Source: a candidate division FCPU426 bacterium
GTDB taxonomy: Bacteria; Oederibacteriota; JAAXVQ01; JAUVAV01
DNA length: 64,000 bases
Reading direction: 5' to 3'
NCBI GenBank assembly: GCA_040756875.1
Contig: JBFLYH010000002.1
Coordinates: forward strand, 126,526 to 190,525
Position 1 is the stretch's first letter. The number at the start of each line of letters is the position of its first letter. Under the pieces are notes generated by a model. That model was not told where the DNA came from. It was given only the letters and a program-made list of their open reading frames with translations, and made no database searches. The position numbers and the translations under genes were made by a program. Positions 46,179 through 55,758 of this stretch are shown piece after piece.

Positions 46179-46403
46179 ATGCCGCATCGCGCCCAGGAAC
46201 CAGACCAGGCCGCCGATGGTCAGCATCATGCCAGTCAGCATGAGGTACATCTGGAACATCGGGCCCAGGCGTGGACTCGGCTCCTGCTTGCGCAACCGTC
46301 GATACAGCCATAGATAGCCTTTGGACATCGGCTCCCTCAGCAGGCTCAGCAACGCTCCCACCACGATCAATCCCAGTGCCGTGTTGTTGGTTTCCACGTC
46401 CAT
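46176..46403 (-). CDS. Small two-TM membrane protein
   Basis: AAGGAG RBS; two hydrophobic helices. Confidence 0.65.
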   Translation of the reverse strand: MDVETNNTALGLIVVGALLSLLREPMSKGYLWLYRRLRKQEPSPRLGPMFQMYLMLTGMMLTIGGLVWFLGAMRH

Positions 46404-46441
46404 GCTCCTTTGCGGTCGATGATTTGCCGTGCAGCCGGCGT

Positions 46442-48448
46442 TCAGTCCTCCGCGGGCACGCGGATTTCAAGGCCCAGGCGCTGCTCCGCGAAGCGCTCCA
46501 CGTCCCGCCACTCCAGCAGCCGGGGGCACTCGGGCAGGGCCTCCAAAAAAGCCCGGCCCCAGGGGCGCGTGCGCACGCGCGCGTCCAGGATCGCAACCAG
46601 CCCGCGGTCCGTGCGGCTGCGGATCAGGCGGCCGAAGCCCTGGCGCAGCATCAGCACGGCCCGGGGCAGCGAGTAGGCCATAAAGGGATTCTCGCCCGCC
46701 TGTTCGAGCTGCTCGGCGCGCGCCTGGTGCAGCGGGTGCGTGGGCACGTCGAAGGGCAGGCGGGTGATGACCACGCAGCGCAGCGCCTCGCCCGGCACGT
46801 CCACGCCTTGCCACCAGGTGTCCACGCCCAGCAGCACCGCGCGGCCGCTGCGCCGGAACCGCGCCAGCAGCTCGGCCGGCGAGGCTTCGCCCTGCACCAG
46901 CCATTCCCGCTCCGGCTGCCAGGCGCGCAGCGCCTCGCCGGTGCGGCGCAGCAGCGCGCGGCTCGTCAGCAGCACGAACACACCGCCGTCGAACAGGGTG
47001 ATGAGTTCGCGCAGGGCCCGCCACATCTCCCGGGCAAAGGCGTCGCCTTCCAGGGGTTCGGGCAGATCAGGCAGGTATACGGCCGCCTGCTCCGCGTAGT
47101 CGAAGGGCGAGGCCGCCACCACCTCCCCGGCCTGCTCCAGACCCAGCCGGCTGCGCACGTAAGCGAAGCTCCCGCCCACGCTGAGCGTGGCTGAGGTCAA
47201 AATCACACCGGCCGCGTTCTCCGAGAGCAGGGCGCCGAGGCGTCCGCCCAGGTCCAGGGGCGTGAGCAGCAGCTGCACGTTCGCGCCCTGGGGCCGGCGG
47301 CTGCGCTCCAGCCAGGCCACCTGCCCGGCCGGGGTCTCCTGGTGCCACTGCCGCTGCACGGCCAGCGCCCGCTCCAGGCGGCCCTGCCACGCGGCCAGGC
47401 CCTGCGCCTCGGCCTCGCCTTCCGCCAGGGGCGCGGTTTCCTTAAGCAGGGCCGCCAGTTCGGTTGCCGGCTCAGGGGCCGGCAATTCGGGCAGCACGAT
47501 GCGCCGGTCCAAGCGCCAGGTGTCCTGGTCAGGCGGCACCAGCGCTTCCAGCGCCCGCCACCACGCCTCCTGTCCGCTCCCCACGGCCCGGGCCCGCCGG
47601 GCCAGGTCCGCGGCCTCGCGCGCCGGCACGCGCGCGAGGACCTGCAAGTAGTTGCGGCGGCCCCGCCCCGTCACTTCGGCCAGCAGGTGCCGGATCTCCG
47701 CCAGGGAAACGGTGTCGCTTAAAAACGTCGTGGCCACGTCCTCGAGCTCGTGGGCTTCGTCCACCACCAGGGCGCCGAACTCAGGCAGCACCTGCCCGGC
47801 GCTGGTCAGGTGGGCCAGCAGCAGGTGGTGGTTGGTCACCAGCACGTCCGCTTCGCGCTGCAGGCGGCGGGCGAGCTGCCAGAAGCAGTCCGTGAAATAC
47901 GCGCACCGCCGGCCCGGGCACAGTTCGGTCAGCACGCAGGCGCTGCGCCAGACCCGGTCGGGCATGGGCTGGGGCGCGTCCCACTGCAGGCCCGAGACCG
48001 GCTCCCGGCACCAGGCCAGCAGGCTGCGCAGGCTGTCCGCGTCGCCCGCGTCCAGGCCGGGCAGCGCTTCCTGGCGGCTGGTTTCCAGCAGGCGCAGCAG
48101 GCACACGTAATTCTCCGCGCCCAGGCACAGGGCCGAGCGGAACGGGCGCCCAATTACTTCGCCGGATTCGAGGCGCGGCAATTCCTGGTCCGTCAGCTGG
48201 GTTTGCAGGGCTTTGGTGTGGGTGGCGATCAAAAGGCGGGTTTCATGCTCCAGGGCCCAGGCTGCGCCGGGAATGAGGTAGGCCAGGCTCTTGCCCACTC
48301 CCGTGCCGGCTTCAGCCAGGCAGGCGCGGCCCTGTTCCAGGGTGGTTTGCACGGCCTGCGCCAAAGCCAGTTGCCCCTCGCGCAATTGGTAGCCAGGCCA
48401 GGCTTGGGCCAGCAGGCCGTTGGGTTGAAATATTTTTTCCAGGTCCAC
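46442..48448 (-). CDS. DinG/YoaA-family ATP-dependent helicase
   Basis: AGTGVGKS, DEAH, TSATL, QGFGRLIRS; Cys cluster; GTG start after AGGAG. Confidence 0.92.
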   Translation of the reverse strand: MDLEKIFQPNGLLAQAWPGYQLREGQLALAQAVQTTLEQGRACLAEAGTGVGKSLAYLIPGAAWALEHETRLLIATHTKALQTQLTDQELPRLESGEVIGRPFRSALCLGAENYVCLLRLLETSRQEALPGLDAGDADSLRSLLAWCREPVSGLQWDAPQPMPDRVWRSACVLTELCPGRRCAYFTDCFWQLARRLQREADVLVTNHHLLLAHLTSAGQVLPEFGALVVDEAHELEDVATTFLSDTVSLAEIRHLLAEVTGRGRRNYLQVLARVPAREAADLARRARAVGSGQEAWWRALEALVPPDQDTWRLDRRIVLPELPAPEPATELAALLKETAPLAEGEAEAQGLAAWQGRLERALAVQRQWHQETPAGQVAWLERSRRPQGANVQLLLTPLDLGGRLGALLSENAAGVILTSATLSVGGSFAYVRSRLGLEQAGEVVAASPFDYAEQAAVYLPDLPEPLEGDAFAREMWRALRELITLFDGGVFVLLTSRALLRRTGEALRAWQPEREWLVQGEASPAELLARFRRSGRAVLLGVDTWWQGVDVPGEALRCVVITRLPFDVPTHPLHQARAEQLEQAGENPFMAYSLPRAVLMLRQGFGRLIRSRTDRGLVAILDARVRTRPWGRAFLEALPECPRLLEWRDVERFAEQRLGLEIRVPAED

Positions 48449-48456
48449 GCGCGCTC

Positions 48457-49122
48457 CTAGGCTTTGCGCGCGGACTGCCAGGGCTTGCCCTTGCGCCGGA
48501 TGAAAAAATAAATTCGCCAGGACAGGCGGAAGAGGTAGAACAGGCCTACCACGCCCAGGGCGATGCCCGCGCCCGGTATTGCCAGCAGCCGCTGCAGCCA
48601 GCCGAGGACCGGGAAAATCCATCCCGTTCCGCCGAATCCGGGCCACAGCCACAGATGCAGCAGCCCGTAGCTGCCCATCCCCGCGACCAGCAGCCCCAGG
48701 CGCCGGTATGCGGCCAGCAGTCCGGCGTGGCCGCGCCGTTCGGCGTACCACAGCATGCCGATGCGGTCCGCGACCACGAACAGCGCCAAAAGCGCCGAGG
48801 CCAGGGCCGGGTAAGCGGCTCCAGGCAAAGGCAGGGCCTGTTGCACGGCCTGGGTGCCGGCAGCCGTGACCCGCGCCAGCAAATAGCCCCACAGCAGATA
48901 GGCTGCAACCAGGGGCCACAGCACCACGCGCCCCGGGGCCGGCGTTTTGGCGGTTGCGCGCTGGGGGCCCGAAGCCGCGGCCGCGTGCTCGGACAGGACC
49001 CTGGGGACCTCGGTCAGCACGGCGTTGGTCACGGCGAACGCCGGCACCCACAGCAGTTTATAGCCCAGATAGGCCAGGCCCAGGAGCATGGCCAAATTGA
49101 ACATCCCTGTCAGCCACGGCAT
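48457..49122 (-). CDS. Hypothetical membrane protein
   Basis: Several TM helices; directly upstream of the DinG-family gene. Confidence 0.6.
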   Translation of the reverse strand: MPWLTGMFNLAMLLGLAYLGYKLLWVPAFAVTNAVLTEVPRVLSEHAAAASGPQRATAKTPAPGRVVLWPLVAAYLLWGYLLARVTAAGTQAVQQALPLPGAAYPALASALLALFVVADRIGMLWYAERRGHAGLLAAYRRLGLLVAGMGSYGLLHLWLWPGFGGTGWIFPVLGWLQRLLAIPGAGIALGVVGLFYLFRLSWRIYFFIRRKGKPWQSARKA

Positions 49123-49237
49123 GGATGAAATCCTTTCACAGCGAGCATAAAAACATGGTTGACCTGCGTTTCCAAACGGTTCACAATTTCAGAAATTCCC
49201 ATTTCCCTCCCTCGCGGGGAGAAAAAAGGATTCCTGC

Positions 49238-49618
49238 ATGGCACTCCAGCACCGCAAAGCCGAACCCTGGCGGGAAGAAGACCTGGAAGAGCGCTTTGTC
49301 CGCGCCCAGGGCCCGGGCGGCCAGCACGTCAACAAAACCGCCACCTGCGTGGTCCTGCGCCACAAGCCCACGGGCGTGGAAGTGCGCTGCCAGGCCGAGC
49401 GTTCGCAAAGCCAGAACCGCGCCCTGGCGCGCCGCCTGCTCGCGGCTAAGCTTGAGGCCCTGCGCCAGGCCAAGCTTGCGGCTGAACGCCATACGCGCGA
49501 AAAAATGCGGCGCAAGCACCGCCGCCCGTCAGCCGCGGCCCAGGCCAGGCGCCTGGAAGCCAAACACCTTCACGCCCGGCGCAAAGCCGACCGCCGCGGC
49601 CCGCGCGAAGCGGATTAA
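49238..49618 (+). CDS. Peptide chain release factor-like protein (ArfB/C12orf65-like)
   Basis: [17 protein letters not shown], basic C-terminal tail. Confidence 0.88.
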   Translation: MALQHRKAEPWREEDLEERFVRAQGPGGQHVNKTATCVVLRHKPTGVEVRCQAERSQSQNRALARRLLAAKLEALRQAKLAAERHTREKMRRKHRRPSAAAQARRLEAKHLHARRKADRRGPREAD

Positions 49619-50269
49619 TTATAAAACTTTCTCGAACTGCCGTTTGACGCTGGGCCGCGAGAAGAACACGATCAGCAGCAGCCCGATGACCGGGATGTCC
49701 CAGAACCCATGCCCCAGGCCCAGCACCACCAGCCACCCCAGCCCCGCTGCCAGCACTTCCAGCCAGGCCAAAAACAAAACCAGGCGCCGGCTCGCGGCCA
49801 CGCAATTCAGCAGCCCCACGCCCAGGATGAACACACCCGCGCTGATGGCCAGGCACACCGCTCCCGTCCAGTTCAACAACATGCGGCTGCCTGGAATCGA
49901 ATCCAGGCTCGGCGCCACGGTTCCGGCAATGATCGCCCGGATGGGAACGGCCTGGCTGAACAGCGAAATGCCGAAAAGAAAGAGGGCGACCCCGAACAGG
50001 ACGATTCCGGCCACCATGAAACTCCAGGCCACGGTCTTCAGCCCTGCAGACGGCGCTTCGGGTTCGCGTTTGAGGACTTCGCTTTGTTCCTGGCGGCGGT
50101 GCGCCTCAGGTAGGCAGCGGGGATGGAAAACCTGGTAGCTGAACGCCACGGGATTGCATTCGCCGCATACCGGCTGGCCGCACACCCCGCACTTCCACTT
50201 GCCGGGCTGGTTGTGCTCGGTGCACTGCAAAGGGGATTCGCTGGTTGGTTGCTGTTTGGAGGTAGCCAT
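49619..50269 (-). CDS. B-box-like zinc finger plus membrane domain
   Basis: CTEH...CGVCGQPVCGEC followed by TM helices. Confidence 0.7.
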   Translation of the reverse strand: MATSKQQPTSESPLQCTEHNQPGKWKCGVCGQPVCGECNPVAFSYQVFHPRCLPEAHRRQEQSEVLKREPEAPSAGLKTVAWSFMVAGIVLFGVALFLFGISLFSQAVPIRAIIAGTVAPSLDSIPGSRMLLNWTGAVCLAISAGVFILGVGLLNCVAASRRLVLFLAWLEVLAAGLGWLVVLGLGHGFWDIPVIGLLLIVFFSRPSVKRQFEKVL

Positions 50270-50336
50270 AGTCGGTAGAGCTAAATATATATTATATAGG
50301 TAAGGTAATCAAGGCTGCTGGGGACGAAACCAAGCC

Positions 50337-50420
50337 AAAAAAAGACCCAGCCGAACCCGGGAGGGTCCGGCTGGGTTTTGCTTCAGCACCGGAGGGGTCG
50401 CTGTTGCTGAAGCAAGACTT
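50337..50420 (-). ncRNA. Candidate two-hairpin sRNA ending in an intrinsic terminator
   Basis: Stems GCTTCAGCA/TGCTGAAGC and CCCAGCCG/CGGCTGGG, both loops contain GACCC(C)TCC, followed by T7. Confidence 0.5.
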
Positions 50421-50506
50421 GACATTGGTATGACACCGGCTGCCGGTTAAGGTTCTGGTTTTTATTATTTTCAGTTGCCGGGCGGGAAGGCCGGAAAAGA
50501 TTTATT

Positions 50507-51100
50507 TTACAAGGCCGTTTCAGGCAGGTTGGCTTCGGAGCCTTTTTCCGCTTTCTTTTTTATGGCGTGCAACCACATTCTCCTGATCAGCCCGCTGCCC
50601 AGCCGGATAGCCAGCCAGTACAGGCCGAATCTCCTGCGACTCTTCTGGTCCACTGCCCAAATACGTGTTTCCGTGGAGAGCAGGCTCTGGTTGCCCTGCT
50701 TTTGCACAAGAAGATTGGCGGCCACTTTCACGGAACCAGGTGCGTTGAATTCCAAAAAAGCCTTGGCATCCTCCAGTTTCCTGACTGCCGGCACCAGGCG
50801 CCAGAATTCGCCCGCCATGCCGAACACGATCTCACAGCCCGGATTCTCCTCCAGGATGACAAAGTTCCCTGCCACCATATAATCCAAAAAGGGCCGGTTC
50901 CGCTCCCCTTCCAGCATCCGGCCTTTGCCCAGCAGCCAGGCCGGCAGGCTGCGCACTGCCAGCAGCCAAAAAATCGGGGCCGGCAGCTCGGACAGCGTGA
51001 GGCCCCGGGCAGCGGCATAAACCGCCTCAGCCGGGGCTGAAACGGCCAGGCGATGGTGCTCGCTGAAATGCGATTGCGCCAGAAACCGGTCAAGTGACAT
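50507..51100 (-). CDS. DUF2867-like hypothetical protein
   Basis: LDRFL...SEHH, LSTETRI...RRRFGLYWLAIRLGSGLIRRMWL. Confidence 0.65.
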   Translation of the reverse strand: MSLDRFLAQSHFSEHHRLAVSAPAEAVYAAARGLTLSELPAPIFWLLAVRSLPAWLLGKGRMLEGERNRPFLDYMVAGNFVILEENPGCEIVFGMAGEFWRLVPAVRKLEDAKAFLEFNAPGSVKVAANLLVQKQGNQSLLSTETRIWAVDQKSRRRFGLYWLAIRLGSGLIRRMWLHAIKKKAEKGSEANLPETAL

Positions 51101-51113
51101 TGAGTCTCCTCGC

Positions 51114-51232
51114 TAGCAGGGTGCTGAAAAACCCATATATGTTCCGCTAGCACCCTGCTACCCCATGAAAAATCTCTGATTTTTCATGGGGTATTCCATG
51201 CAACGCAATCGACTATAGTCATCAGCCTACTA
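51114..51232 (+). mobile_element. MITE family copy 3 (internally deleted)
   Basis: TAGCAGGGTGCTGAAAAA...TCATCAGCCTACTA with shared internal hairpins. Confidence 0.8.
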
Positions 51233-51697
51233 GGCGCGAAAAGCTTTGCCGGGTTTTTCGGCTGTCCATTTCCGCAGGCAGGCTTCAAGCCCCTGGCTGC
51301 GGATATCGCGGATATGTTCGAAGTGCATTTCGCCGTTCACCTGCCTCAGTTCATCCAGCAGGGCGCAATGGAAGCACTCCGGGCATTCCCAGCAGCCCGA
51401 CAGTTGCTTGCCTTGGCAGCAGACTCTGATTTTGCAACCGCCTGATCCGCCGCCCGCGCGGCAAGGTTGCAGGCAGCGCATTTGGTCCCAGGCTTCAAGC
51501 GCCCGGCAGCACTCAGCCGCCTGCCCGAAAGCCTTCAGCTCCCCGTTCACTTCAGCCAGGCCGGGGCCCCATTTTTCGAATCCGATCTCCTTGAATTTGC
51601 CCAGCAGGGCCAGCGCCTGGTCCGCCACCCGGTCGTGCAGCAAGAAGCACGAACCGCAGTGCAGGCCGCAATAACTGACCACGTTTAAATCCGGCAT
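51230..51697 (-). CDS. DUF3795-like Cys-rich protein
   Basis: YCGLHCGSC, CKIRVCC, CWECPEC. Confidence 0.8.
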   Translation of the reverse strand: MPDLNVVSYCGLHCGSCFLLHDRVADQALALLGKFKEIGFEKWGPGLAEVNGELKAFGQAAECCRALEAWDQMRCLQPCRAGGGSGGCKIRVCCQGKQLSGCWECPECFHCALLDELRQVNGEMHFEHIRDIRSQGLEACLRKWTAEKPGKAFRA

Positions 51698-51944
51698 GGT
51701 TCCTCCTCAAGCCGCGCTGTCAACGCAATCAGTATATCCCAATAAAATTGGTTTGCACACAGGGTTCGCATACCTATCCCGGAAGGTTTCGGCGGCCAGC
51801 AGGGGCATGAGCAGCGGGCCTCGTACGGTCCGGTCAGCGAAACCGCCGTGCATATAGGTTGCAAATGGGGTTTTACAATGGTTGTTCCGGCAAAATAGGG
51901 CGGGTTATATTGATTCCCCGCTATCCTGTCAGGCCGACGCCGAA

Positions 51945-54527
51945 TCAGCGCAACGCCAGTTTCTTGGTCCATCTCCGCAGTTCGAGACCGCCGTCGTCCA
52001 AGACCCGAATCCGGTAGTAATACACGCCGCGGGCCAGGGAGGCGGCGTTCCAATCCACGATGATTGTGCCGTTGGGAGAGCGCGCCGGTTGTTCCCTGAT
52101 GTGGGCCACCCGTTCACCGTTCGCTCCAAAAACGTCGATATCCACCCAGGCCCCGCGGCCCAAAGGCACCATAAACCGCACCCGGGCCGAGGCCGGGTTG
52201 GGGTACGCGCTCGCCTCGCTGGCCGCGAGCGGGAAGATCACGGCGGCCCCGGTCACGCCCGAGGTTTCGTCGGGTGTGGCGACGACGGTCTGCGTCGCCG
52301 TGGCCGTCGGCTCAATGGTGGGCGTTTCCGCGAGGGTGACGACGGGCGTCATGGACGACGTGGCAGTCACGGTCCGCGTGACCGTATCCGTAGGCGCGAC
52401 GGTCATGGTCGGCGTGATGGTCGGCGTCAGCGTCACGGTGCCCGTCGCGCTCGGCGTGGCGGTGATGGTCGCGGTTTCGGTGATGGTCGTCGTGTCGGTG
52501 CACGTGGGCGTCTCGGACGGCGTCGGCGAGATCGTGGCGGTCTCCGTGATCGTGCCTGTCTGCGTCGTTGTCGGCGATACGGTGGGAGTCGGCGAAATGG
52601 TCGAGGTCGGCGTTATGGTGGAGGTATCCGTGCTCGTCCGGGTGAGCGTCGCGGTCGGCGTCTCGGACGGCGTCACCGTGGCGGTCGGAGTGGGTGTCGG
52701 CAGATTCAGCAGGTAAATTTCGAATCCAGCGGTATAGTCCGCCACATAGATATAACTCCCGTTCGCAGCCACACCCCGGGCTTCTCCGGGCGTATCATAA
52801 TAAGCCACCTGGCTCGGGCTCGCCGGAAGGCTGATGTCAATGACCCGCAGGCCGGAATTGCCGTCCGCCACATAGGCGTAGTTGCCGCTCACGGCCACGC
52901 CCAGCGCTTCTCCGGGCGTATCACAATACCCCGCCTCGGCCGGGCTCGCCGGATTGCTGATGTCAATGATGCGCAAACCGTAGCTGCCGTCCGCCACATA
53001 GGCGTAGTTGCCGCTCACAGCCACGCCATTCGCGTTTCCGGGCGTATCACAATACCCCGCCTCGCTCGGGCTGGCCGGATTGCTGACATCGATAACCCGC
53101 AAAGTGTAATAATCCGCCACGTAGGCGTAACTTCCGCTTACCGCCACGCCATACGCGGATCCGGGCGTGTCATAAAAACCCGCTTCGCCCGGGCTCGCCG
53201 GATTGCTGACATTGATGATCCGCAGCCCATTCCACGTGTCCGCCACGTAGGCGTAGCTCCCGCTCACGGCCACGCCGCGGGCATCCCCGAGTGTGTTGCA
53301 GAAACCCATTCCGCTCGGGCTCGCCGGATTGCTGATATTGACGATCTGCAGGCCGCCGTCGGCGATGTAGGCGTAGTTCCCGCTCACGGCCACGCTCTCG
53401 GCGTTTCCGGCCGTAGCGCAGAAGCCCGCCTGGCTCGGATTCGCCGGATTGCCTACGGATATGACCCGTAAGCCGTTCACGTTGTCCGCCACATAGGCGT
53501 AGCTTCCGCTCACCGCCACGCTCCGTGCGTAGCTGGGGGAATAAAAATATCCGGTCTCGTACGGGTTGGCCGGATTGCTGGTGTTAACGACCCGCATACT
53601 GTAATAATCCGCCACGTAAAAGGAGTTTCCGCTCACCGCCACGCCGCACGCCTGCCCGGGCGTGTCAATGAATCCGGTTTCGGTCGGGTTGGACGGAATG
53701 CTGACATGGATGATGCGCACCCCGCTCAAGCCGTCCGCTACGTAGACATAGTGATTGCTAAACGCCGCCCCCCAGGCCTGCCCGGGCGTGTCATAAAAAC
53801 CTGTCTCGCTCGGGCTCGCCGGATTGCTGACATCGATGATCCGCAACCCGCTCGTGCCGGCCGCCAGATAGGCGTAGTTTCCGTCCACAGCCAGGCCGTA
53901 CGCATTTCCCGGAGGGTCACAAAAACCCGTCTCGCTCGGGCTCGCCGGATTGCTGATATTGATGATCCGCAGCCCGGTGCCGTCCACGACATAGGCGTAA
54001 TTCCCGCTCACGACGATGCCCCGGGCTTCCCACGCCGGATCATAAAAGCCCGCCTCGCTCGGGCTCGCCGGATTGCTGATATTGATGACCCGGACGCCGC
54101 TCGTGCTGTCCGCGACATAAGCGTAATTCCCGCTGATCGCCACGCCATAGGCCCAGCCGGGCGTATTATAGAACCCCACCTCGCTCGGGCTCGCCGGATT
54201 GCTGATATTGACGATCCGCAAGCCGCTGTCGCTGGCCGCGACATAGGCATAACCGCCGCTGACCGCCACGTCCTGGATGGTCCCTGGCGCTTGAAAGTAG
54301 CCGACTTGCACGGGATTGGACGGGTTGGAAATGTTAATGATCGAAAGGATGGCCGAGGAAACCACATAGGCGTAATTGCTCTGGGCGACCACACCCACCG
54401 GCAAGCCGCCGACAAGCTGTCCGGTCAAATTGATGTATTGCGAAGCTGCGGCCCGTGCTCCCGAGGCTGCGGCTAAGGGCAGCCCCAGAAGTACCAAAAC
54501 CATGACCAGCTGTCTTTTATGGCTCAT
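51945..54527 (-). CDS. Secreted LVIVD-repeat beta-propeller protein with Thr-rich stalk and FlgD-Ig/T9SS-CTD-like C-terminus
   Basis: More than 12 repeats of VAVSGNYAYVAD...GLRIIxISNPASP; TPT stalk; AYPNPA...GVYYYRI. Confidence 0.9.
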   Translation of the reverse strand: MSHKRQLVMVLVLLGLPLAAASGARAAASQYINLTGQLVGGLPVGVVAQSNYAYVVSSAILSIINISNPSNPVQVGYFQAPGTIQDVAVSGGYAYVAASDSGLRIVNISNPASPSEVGFYNTPGWAYGVAISGNYAYVADSTSGVRVINISNPASPSEAGFYDPAWEARGIVVSGNYAYVVDGTGLRIINISNPASPSETGFCDPPGNAYGLAVDGNYAYLAAGTSGLRIIDVSNPASPSETGFYDTPGQAWGAAFSNHYVYVADGLSGVRIIHVSIPSNPTETGFIDTPGQACGVAVSGNSFYVADYYSMRVVNTSNPANPYETGYFYSPSYARSVAVSGSYAYVADNVNGLRVISVGNPANPSQAGFCATAGNAESVAVSGNYAYIADGGLQIVNISNPASPSGMGFCNTLGDARGVAVSGSYAYVADTWNGLRIINVSNPASPGEAGFYDTPGSAYGVAVSGSYAYVADYYTLRVIDVSNPASPSEAGYCDTPGNANGVAVSGNYAYVADGSYGLRIIDISNPASPAEAGYCDTPGEALGVAVSGNYAYVADGNSGLRVIDISLPASPSQVAYYDTPGEARGVAANGSYIYVADYTAGFEIYLLNLPTPTPTATVTPSETPTATLTRTSTDTSTITPTSTISPTPTVSPTTTQTGTITETATISPTPSETPTCTDTTTITETATITATPSATGTVTLTPTITPTMTVAPTDTVTRTVTATSSMTPVVTLAETPTIEPTATATQTVVATPDETSGVTGAAVIFPLAASEASAYPNPASARVRFMVPLGRGAWVDIDVFGANGERVAHIREQPARSPNGTIIVDWNAASLARGVYYYRIRVLDDGGLELRRWTKKLALR

Positions 54528-54851
54528 CGGCTTTGGCCTCGTGGAGGGTATGGAGGCTGCACAACTCTCTATACATAATTATACTTCTACTCCCATACTT
54601 TAATAGACCCATTTTAGGATATTTTAATACAGTTTTTTATGAGACATCTCGTTATAAGCGGTTTTTTCGGCTGGGTTTTAGGCTTGAAACCCACGCTTTT
54701 TGCCCCGGCGCCTAAAAACTCCATATTTGTCTGTTTTTCCGGTTTTGGTCGGCTTAAAATGCACTTGTCAGATGCAATGACATCAGGAGGTGGCGCCTCA
54801 AGGCCGCAAAGCCTGGGGTGCCCAGCGGAAAGGCTGGAGGTGGGAGCGTTC

Positions 54852-55589
54852 ATGACCCTTGGTCAATGCTTGGGAGTGGGTCTGTGTTCTGTTTCCTTGG
54901 CTGCGTTTTTACCTGTTGCTGTGACTGCGGAGAAAGGAAGCGCCATGAACCTTCAATTGGAAGCCGAAGTCGAACCGGCGGTCTGGCCTGCCAACAAAAT
55001 GCGCGACATCACCATTCGCCTGAGAATGACCAACAACTCCCCCCTGCCAGTCACCATTTACCCGGCGTATACCGCCCTGGCCTGGAAAGTATCAGTGGCC
55101 AGCATGGGCATGACCTGGGACCTCAAGTTCAAGCCCGAGGAGCCGGGCCTGAGCGCCTCGGGCCATGAGCTGCGGACCTATTACGGCCCCCCTGGCGAGC
55201 CGGTGAGCGAACTCGCCGTGCGCAAAGCCGGCAAGGTGCTCAAACCCGGGGCCGAGCACGTTACGACCTTGCAGGCTTGCTGGATTCCCCATGCACTGCT
55301 CCAGACTGAGCACTTGTCCATGCAAACGCTGGACCCGGAGGGGTTGGACAATCTCAGGTCCATACCCCAGTTCGATAAATGCTCGGTATTGGTTTTCGGC
55401 GCCAGCAGCGCGTGGATCAAGGATCATTCGAAGAGCAAGGAGATGTTACGGGGTTTTATGGTGGTTTTTTTCAGCGGTCCGGGCAGGTATACTCTGCGCG
55501 CGTCCTATCATCAAACTCCGGTCATGTGCAAGATCGTGGAGGAATTGAAAGCAGAGGCGACCGGTGTGGAAGTAGAGGCGGGAAAGTGA
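54852..55589 (+). CDS. Hypothetical secreted protein
   Basis: Signal-like N-terminus; beta-rich, PGRYTLRASY; start uncertain (alternative MNLQ). Confidence 0.55.
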   Translation: MTLGQCLGVGLCSVSLAAFLPVAVTAEKGSAMNLQLEAEVEPAVWPANKMRDITIRLRMTNNSPLPVTIYPAYTALAWKVSVASMGMTWDLKFKPEEPGLSASGHELRTYYGPPGEPVSELAVRKAGKVLKPGAEHVTTLQACWIPHALLQTEHLSMQTLDPEGLDNLRSIPQFDKCSVLVFGASSAWIKDHSKSKEMLRGFMVVFFSGPGRYTLRASYHQTPVMCKIVEELKAEATGVEVEAGK

Positions 55590-55758
55590 AACTCCCCGCG
55601 GACTTTGGTGAAGGGGGTCATGCGCTTGCGACCTCCGGGCTCAATGATACAGGTATTTCACCTCGATCTATGGTACCCTTCTAAAGGACACCAGCTCCGC
55701 CAACAAATCCCGCAAACCACTCACCGGCCAAAGGTCTTGCGGAGGGATTGAAAACCCA

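Noticed and set aside
48449-49051. Apparent 200-aa N-terminal extension of the DinG-family helicase
   Set aside because: It overlaps the membrane-protein gene in another frame; a GTG with an AGGAG RBS at 48448 is the better start.
52700-54400. Regular ~126-bp repeats resembling an array
   Set aside because: They are in-frame LVIVD protein repeats, not CRISPR repeats with unique spacers; no cas genes are in the window.
54780-54850. GCCGCAAAGCC resembling a c-di-GMP-I riboswitch
   Set aside because: The upstream GGCAAAC/GAAA stem and downstream paired elements are missing.
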